Both the position numbers and the translations under genes were made by a program. From Clostridia bacterium (lineage in GTDB: Bacteria; Bacillota; Clostridia; Oscillospirales; CAG-272): DNA of 64,000 nt. The DNA is taken from NCBI GenBank assembly GCA_017467105.1, contig JAFTSU010000028.1, positions 15,217 to 79,216 on the forward strand. Reading direction: 5' to 3'. Each line of letters opens with the position of its first letter. The first letter of the stretch is position 1. Shown in pieces: positions 58,662-64,000 of the stretch. Below the pieces are notes generated by a model. That model worked only from the letters and a program-made list of their open reading frames with translations, made no database searches and had not been told where the DNA came from.

Positions 58662-60491
58662 ATGCAGAAAACAAACAAAATATTACTTATACTTCTGCTC
58701 GTTTTGTCCGCTATAATGCTTATGGCATGCGGAAATGAGAATACGGCAGACGGCGGCTCAGGCTCTGCGGGCGGATCGGGAGGCAGCTCAGACACAGGAT
58801 CTGAGAATGGCGGAGACGAGGAGACGGGAGCGCTAAGCATTCTCGCGATCGGAGATATATCCATAACCGAATGCACAGAGCATTTATATGACGTACTGAA
58901 GGCAGCCGGAAAAGAAAAAATAACTCTGGCTACTCTTACCCACAACTACACGTCCGGCGCGTCGCTTGACGCTCACTACAATAATCTTACGAAGGACCGA
59001 GCCGCCTATAACTTAGAAATCATATCTGACGGAAAATCCGATCTGAAGTTTTCTCAGAGGCTCGGCGAGGTGCTTGCCTCTCGAAAGTGGGACTACGTAA
59101 TTATCGGCCAGGCTGTACAGCTTGCAGGAATTAACGAAAGTTACGACAAACTGCCCGAAATTATCAGTTATATTCGTGAAAATATGTCGAATGAAAGCGG
59201 CAAGGTTCTGTGGAATATGACCTGGGCGTTTGACGAAGGATCTACTCACGAGGGATTTGATACGTACGGTAAGGATCAGGAGAAAATGTACGCGGATATA
59301 ACTGATGCCGTAAGGAACAACGTAGAATCAGCGGAAGGTATTGACGGTATTATTCCTTTTGGAACCGCGATTCAGAATTTGAGGCTTACACTGGGAGAAA
59401 GGATACAACTTGGCTCCGGTATCAGACTGAAGGGAGAGTACGGTGAGCTGCCCTCCTACGCCGCGGCGATCGCCCTATGCTACGTGATCGGGGGAAATGC
59501 TCCGGAGGCTGACGTATGGCTTCCTACCGATACATCGGATATACAGCTCATCAATGAATACAAGCTTGCTATGGAGTGCGTTATGAATGCTTTTGACAAT
59601 AAATATGAGGCAGAAGCTACAGAAATCAAAAGTATAAAGCTTCTGATATTCGGCAACAGCTACGGCAACGACGCTACTGCCTATCTCGGTAAAATGCTTG
59701 CCGAGGGCGGTTACGTAAACGTCGTGATCGGTCACGTAGGCGAAAGCACTATGGCGATAAACGATCATTACCATAATATTGACGATGACCCTACGAACGA
59801 TTTTATTTATGCTGCCAGCGGAAAGCCCTTCTCTGTCCATTATAAGACCGTAAACGGTGAGCGTGTGGAGATGGAGGCGGACTACAAAAAGATAGTGGCT
59901 GATGAGGACTGGGATCATATTATCTTCTATCAGGGACCTAACTCCATAGACACCCTGATAAACGAACAGTACTACTCAGAGCTTGACAAATTTGTAGCTG
60001 CGCTGAGAGCTAATATGACGAATCCCGACGGCAAGATAATCTACTATATGCCTTGGATACACGGTGAAAACAACACGGCAGGCTACTATAAGGAGCTTGC
60101 GGCTCTGACGGAGAGGCTGTTTCTAAATAACGAAAAAATTGACGCAATAATTCCCGCAGGTACGATGATACAGAATCTGCGCACCTCATATCTTGACGCA
60201 TCCGCTACAAATCAGAAATGGGGCGATATTAACAGAGACTGGGGTCATCTTAACTACGGTGTGGGCAGATACTCGCTGTCGCTTCTCTTCTATCTGTGCC
60301 TTACGGATGGAGAGATCGGCGATATCAGCTATATTCCCACGGTTGACGATCTGGGAGATCCTTCGCTTAAGCCGAAGTTTACCGAGGTTGAGAGCAATCT
60401 TGACGTAATACGCGAGGCTGTACGCAACGCGCTTGAAAAGCCTCTTGAAATTACGGAATCAGTTTATAAGGATAAGCCCATAAAGGAGTAA
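58662..60491 (+). CDS. Lipoprotein with two tandem DUF4886 (SGNH-like) domains
   Basis: Lipobox LMA-C and a Gly/Ser linker. Domain starts LSILAIGDISITE.. and IKLLIFGNSYGNDATAYL. ATG 58662 is preferred over 58635. Confidence 0.55.
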   Translation: MQKTNKILLILLLVLSAIMLMACGNENTADGGSGSAGGSGGSSDTGSENGGDEETGALSILAIGDISITECTEHLYDVLKAAGKEKITLATLTHNYTSGASLDAHYNNLTKDRAAYNLEIISDGKSDLKFSQRLGEVLASRKWDYVIIGQAVQLAGINESYDKLPEIISYIRENMSNESGKVLWNMTWAFDEGSTHEGFDTYGKDQEKMYADITDAVRNNVESAEGIDGIIPFGTAIQNLRLTLGERIQLGSGIRLKGEYGELPSYAAAIALCYVIGGNAPEADVWLPTDTSDIQLINEYKLAMECVMNAFDNKYEAEATEIKSIKLLIFGNSYGNDATAYLGKMLAEGGYVNVVIGHVGESTMAINDHYHNIDDDPTNDFIYAASGKPFSVHYKTVNGERVEMEADYKKIVADEDWDHIIFYQGPNSIDTLINEQYYSELDKFVAALRANMTNPDGKIIYYMPWIHGENNTAGYYKELAALTERLFLNNEKIDAIIPAGTMIQNLRTSYLDASATNQKWGDINRDWGHLNYGVGRYSLSLLFYLCLTDGEIGDISYIPTVDDLGDPSLKPKFTEVESNLDVIREAVRNALEKPLEITESVYKDKPIKE

Positions 60492-60493
60492 TT

Positions 60494-61261
60494 ATGAAGG
60501 TTTATACGGATATACCCTATACCAAGGATGCTGAAGAGGCAAGAAGACTGGATATATATCTGCCTGAGGGGAAGAGCTTCCCTACTCTACTGTTTTTCCA
60601 CGGGGGCGGTTTTAAAAACTGCGACAAGGGGGATAAGGAATTCCCTATGCTTGCAGAGTATTTTACCTCTCGCGGTATCGCGTTTGTTTCAGCTAATTAC
60701 AGAATGTACCCTGAAGCTAAATTCCCCGACTTTATTGAGGACGGCGCAGCTGCCACGGCTTACGTAATGAAGCATATAGGAGAGTACGGAGGTAACGGAC
60801 GTGTCATCGTGGGAGGAAGCTCTGCGGGCGGACACATCTCTATGCAGCTGTGCTATGACAAAAAATACCTTGGTGCGCACGGAATATCATGTATGGACGT
60901 AGCTGCGTTTATTCACGATGCCGGTCAGCCTACCACCCACTTCAACGTGCTTGCCGAGGATGAAATTCCCAGGTACAGATGTATCGTAGGTGAAAAAGCG
61001 CCTCTCTACTACGTAGGAATGGAAAAGGAATATCCGCCGCAGCAGTTCTTCGCAGCCGAGAAGGATATTCCCGCAAGATATGAGGAGATAAAGCTGCTTA
61101 TTGCAACTATGAAGGCTCTTCGCTATGATATGAGCCGCGTGAGGCTGGAGTATATGGAGGGATATACTCATACAGGTTATCTCGGAGAAAAAGATAGCGA
61201 GGGGGTAAGCGTATTCGGAAAGAGGGTTACCGCGTTTCTCTCCGATATGGGAATAATATAA
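60494..61261 (+). CDS. Alpha/beta hydrolase-fold-3 esterase
   Basis: 255 aa. Oxyanion HGGGF and nucleophile GGSSAGG. It starts 2 nt after the upstream stop and has an AAGGAG SD. Confidence 0.75.
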   Translation: MKVYTDIPYTKDAEEARRLDIYLPEGKSFPTLLFFHGGGFKNCDKGDKEFPMLAEYFTSRGIAFVSANYRMYPEAKFPDFIEDGAAATAYVMKHIGEYGGNGRVIVGGSSAGGHISMQLCYDKKYLGAHGISCMDVAAFIHDAGQPTTHFNVLAEDEIPRYRCIVGEKAPLYYVGMEKEYPPQQFFAAEKDIPARYEEIKLLIATMKALRYDMSRVRLEYMEGYTHTGYLGEKDSEGVSVFGKRVTAFLSDMGII

Positions 61262-61333
61262 TTTCAATCAGCTATCTCACTCTCAAAACAATATTTAACT
61301 AAACGATATACAGTCGGAAAAAGGAGACAGGCT

Positions 61334-62053
61334 ATGAAAATTCTTTCTATTGGAAACAGTTTTTCAGAGGATGCTCAGGCGTATCTTAAGGGAGTGTGCG
61401 ACGCAGAGGGACTTGATCTGACCTGCGCAAACCTTTATATCGGCGGCTGCACGCTGATAAGACACTGCGAAAACATCAAAAGAGGAGTTAAGGATTACGT
61501 TTATTTCGTAAACGGCGCTAAGGTAAATGACAGAGTTTCCGTGGAAGAAATACTCACAAGCGAGGACTTTGACGTTATTACTCTGCAGGAAAGCTCATAC
61601 AGATCCTGTGAGCTTTGCCACTTTGAGCCATATCTTCACGAGCTGATAGAATACGTAAAGGAGCACTGTCCTAACGCGAAAGTAGCCTTGCATATGACCT
61701 GGGGCTACGGAAAGCAGATGACGGAAAGAATGAAGCACGTGGGACTTTTCTCCACCGAGGAGATGTTCGAGAAGGTTATAGATAACTATACAAAGCTTGC
61801 CGAAAAAGAAAAGGTTGACTTCATTATTCCTTCCGGAAAGGTACTCTACCGACTGTTCCTTGAAGGATATAACATTCATAGGGACGCACAGCATGCAAGC
61901 CTTGGTATCGGCAGATACGCATTGGCTCTCACCTGGATGAGAAAGCTGTTCGGTGTCAGTGTTGCGAATAACTCGTTCCGCGATTTCGAGGTGTTCGTAA
62001 GCCGCGAGGAGATAGCGGCAGCGCAGCGCGCTGTAGATGATATAGTTATATAA
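61334..62053 (+). CDS. DUF4886-domain protein (SGNH-like putative esterase), cytoplasmic
   Basis: 239 aa. N-terminus MKILSIGNSFSEDAQAYL..GGCTL..H is typical of DUF4886. Confidence 0.55.
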   Translation: MKILSIGNSFSEDAQAYLKGVCDAEGLDLTCANLYIGGCTLIRHCENIKRGVKDYVYFVNGAKVNDRVSVEEILTSEDFDVITLQESSYRSCELCHFEPYLHELIEYVKEHCPNAKVALHMTWGYGKQMTERMKHVGLFSTEEMFEKVIDNYTKLAEKEKVDFIIPSGKVLYRLFLEGYNIHRDAQHASLGIGRYALALTWMRKLFGVSVANNSFRDFEVFVSREEIAAAQRAVDDIVI

Positions 62054-62148
62054 GCTGAAGAGGCAGTATAGATAATCGCAGCTCTATTAACAAGCGTAAA
62101 GCTCTCTCGTAACGATAATTTATCTTCATACAACTAACAAATATAGCA

Positions 62149-62192
62149 AAATACTCACCCCTAGGCATTATACCTCGGGGTGAGTATTTTTT
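62149..62192. terminator. Bidirectional terminator between the DUF4886 gene and nfnB
   Basis: AATACTCACCCC / GGGGTGAGTATT hairpin followed by TTTTTT. Confidence 0.8.
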
Positions 62193-62259
62193 ATAAGTAT
62201 CATTGACCGTATCTAAGTGCTCTACCGTATCTTATAGCTTGATCGGCTTTATAACAGTG

Positions 62260-63678
62260 TCACTTAGAGGAGAGGTACTCGTCTATTGCCTTGGCGGCAA
62301 TTTTGCCTGCGCCCATAGCGGAGATGACCGTTGCCGCGCCGGTTACGGCGTCACCGCCTGCGAATACGCCCTCTCTGGAGGTTGCTCCATCCTCAGTAAC
62401 GATGATTCCGCCGCGGGAATTGACCTCAAGTCCCTCAGTGGTTGACTTGATAAGAGGATTTGGGGACGTACCGATAGACATAACTACGGTGTCCACGTCA
62501 AGCGTGAACTCGCTGTTGGGTATTTCAACGGGACGGCGTCTGCCGCGCTCGTCGGGCTCGCCAAGCTCCATTCTGATGCATCTGATTCCCGTAACGAAGC
62601 CATTGCGCGAATCTCTTCTGTCATCGGGATTCTCGTAGCCGAGGATCTCGATAGGATTGCACAGCAGGCGGAATTCTATTCCCTCCTCCTCTGCGTGCTC
62701 AACCTCCTCGCGTCTGGCGGGAAGCTCGTCCATAGAGCGACGGTAGACTATATACACCTTCTCTGCGCCCAGGCGAAGCGCTGTTCTGGCAGCATCCATA
62801 GCGACGTTACCGCCTCCGACCACTGCCACTCTGCCGCCCTTCATAATAGGTGTGTCGGTGGCGCTTCTGTACGCCTTCATCAGATTGCTTCTGGTGAGGA
62901 ACTCGTTAGCGGAATACACGCCCTTATACGCCTCGCCGGGAATTCCCATAAAGTTGGGGAGACCTGCGCCTGAGCCGATAAACACAGCCTCGTAGCCCAT
63001 ACCGAACAGCTCGTCGACGGTAAGGGTCTTTCCGATTACTACGTTAGTGGCAATGTCAACGCCCATTGCTTTGAGGTTTTCTACCTCTTTTGCGACGATA
63101 TCTTTCGGCAGACGGAACTCCGGAATGCCGTAAACAAGCACGCCGCCTGCGGTATGAAGAGCCTCGAAAACGGTTACCCAGTAGCCTGCCTTAGCCAGAT
63201 CACCGGCACATGTGAGGCCGGAGGGTCCGGATCCGACTACGGCAACCTTATGCCCGTTTGACACGGGAGGCGTGGGTATAGAAGCTGCGTGAGAATTATG
63301 CCAATCGGCAACGAAGCGCTCAAGTCTGCCGATACCGACGGACTCACCCTTGATGCCTCTGACGCACTTTGACTCGCACTGCGTCTCCTGGGGGCAGACT
63401 CTGCCGCACACAGCGGGAAGACTTGACGATTTCGTTATTATCTGATATGCGCCCTCGAAATCGCACTCCTTAATACGAGCTATAAACTCGGGGATACGAA
63501 TATTTACGGGACAGCCGGATACGCAAGGCATATTCTTGCAGGACAGACAGCGAAGAGCCTCGTCTATTGCCATCTCCTCCGTGTAGCCGATAGCTACCTC
63601 GTCAAAGTTGTGCGCCCTGACGGACGGATCCTGAGTAGGCATAGGGTTGCGCTTTGGATTCATATTAGGCTTCTGCAT
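62260..63678 (-). CDS. nfnB: GltD-like NADPH-dependent FAD/Fe-S oxidoreductase (NfnB / glutamate synthase small-subunit family)
   Basis: 472 aa. N-terminal 2x[4Fe-4S] Cys motifs (CLSCKNMPC..GCP, CGRVCPQETQCE..C) and two Rossmann motifs (VAVVGSGPSGL, VAVVGGGNVAMD). Confidence 0.75.
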   Translation of the reverse strand: MQKPNMNPKRNPMPTQDPSVRAHNFDEVAIGYTEEMAIDEALRCLSCKNMPCVSGCPVNIRIPEFIARIKECDFEGAYQIITKSSSLPAVCGRVCPQETQCESKCVRGIKGESVGIGRLERFVADWHNSHAASIPTPPVSNGHKVAVVGSGPSGLTCAGDLAKAGYWVTVFEALHTAGGVLVYGIPEFRLPKDIVAKEVENLKAMGVDIATNVVIGKTLTVDELFGMGYEAVFIGSGAGLPNFMGIPGEAYKGVYSANEFLTRSNLMKAYRSATDTPIMKGGRVAVVGGGNVAMDAARTALRLGAEKVYIVYRRSMDELPARREEVEHAEEEGIEFRLLCNPIEILGYENPDDRRDSRNGFVTGIRCIRMELGEPDERGRRRPVEIPNSEFTLDVDTVVMSIGTSPNPLIKSTTEGLEVNSRGGIIVTEDGATSREGVFAGGDAVTGAATVISAMGAGKIAAKAIDEYLSSK

Positions 63679-63679
63679 A

Positions 63680-64000
63680 TCACCTTACCTCCTTCGAGAA
63701 AAGATTGCAGGCGCTCTCGTATGCGTGACGCTCGAAGTCGCGGTACATGGAGGAGCGAGACATAGCCTCGTCAAAATCTACCTCGTAGCCATTGAAATCG
63801 GGACCGTCAACGCAGGCGAATTTCGTAACTCGCTTGCCGTCTATGTTAAGGGTAAGCCGGCAGCCGCCGCACATACCCGTGCCGTCTATCATAATCGGAT
63901 TCATGGAAACGTCGCAGGGAATGCCCGTGGGACGAGTTGCCTCTACGACGAACTTCATCATAACGAGAGGTCCGATGGTGATGACCTTATCAAAGCTCTT
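63680..64000 (-). CDS. nfnA: 5'-truncated CDS: PyrK-like FAD/NAD(P)-binding [2Fe-2S] subunit (NfnA-like), C-terminal part only
   Basis: The frame is open to the window edge (..KSFDKVITIGPLVMMKFV..). Cluster motif CGGC..C; ends 1 nt before nfnB. Confidence 0.7.
   Translation of the reverse strand, partial: KSFDKVITIGPLVMMKFVVEATRPTGIPCDVSMNPIMIDGTGMCGGCRLTLNIDGKRVTKFACVDGPDFNGYEVDFDEAMSRSSMYRDFERHAYESACNLFSKEVR

Overview
This is a 64-kb, roughly 50% GC, densely coding chromosomal segment. It looks like a spore-forming Firmicute of the Clostridia type: it has spoIIR, lipobox lipoproteins, many perfect TTGACA-17-TATAAT promoters and a T-box leader. I count about 55 protein genes. Core housekeeping dominates: ligA, proS, argS, potABCD, smpB, tgt, the miaB-ylbF-mutS-mutL block, hom, a single-chain L-serine dehydratase, yebC, dCMP deaminase and an nfnAB-like pair at the right edge. 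Three accessory, carbohydrate-flavoured islands are interleaved. (i) At the left edge, PL22-like, GH78-like and GH42-like genes surround a lone type-IIA topoisomerase B subunit. (ii) At 42.5-49.1 kb, a PocR/AraC regulator sits back-to-back with a FAD-oxidoreductase/DUF4838/GH3 operon that ends in a decayed AraC fragment. (iii) At 57.2-62.1 kb, a LysR gene faces a PQ-loop protein, a tandem-DUF4886 lipoprotein, an esterase and another DUF4886 protein. I saw no rRNA, tRNA, CRISPR array, transposase, integrase or phage genes. The one clear RNA element is an unannotated T-box leader (apparent Ala specifier) ahead of an alaR/alaT-like pair. The best candidate for an under-described system is the four-gene operon at 39.5-43.4 kb. 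There a PocR/AraC regulator is translationally coupled to an SPFH protein with three zinc ribbons, a zinc-ribbon membrane protein and a TPM-domain membrane protein (YdjI/YdjG/YdjH-like), with no PspA gene. Secondary oddities are a cytidylate-kinase-like/ParB-Srx-like fusion ahead of argS and a catalytically degenerate biotin-ligase-like gene behind proS. All family assignments were made by eye from motifs in the translated ORFs. No database search or folding program was run.
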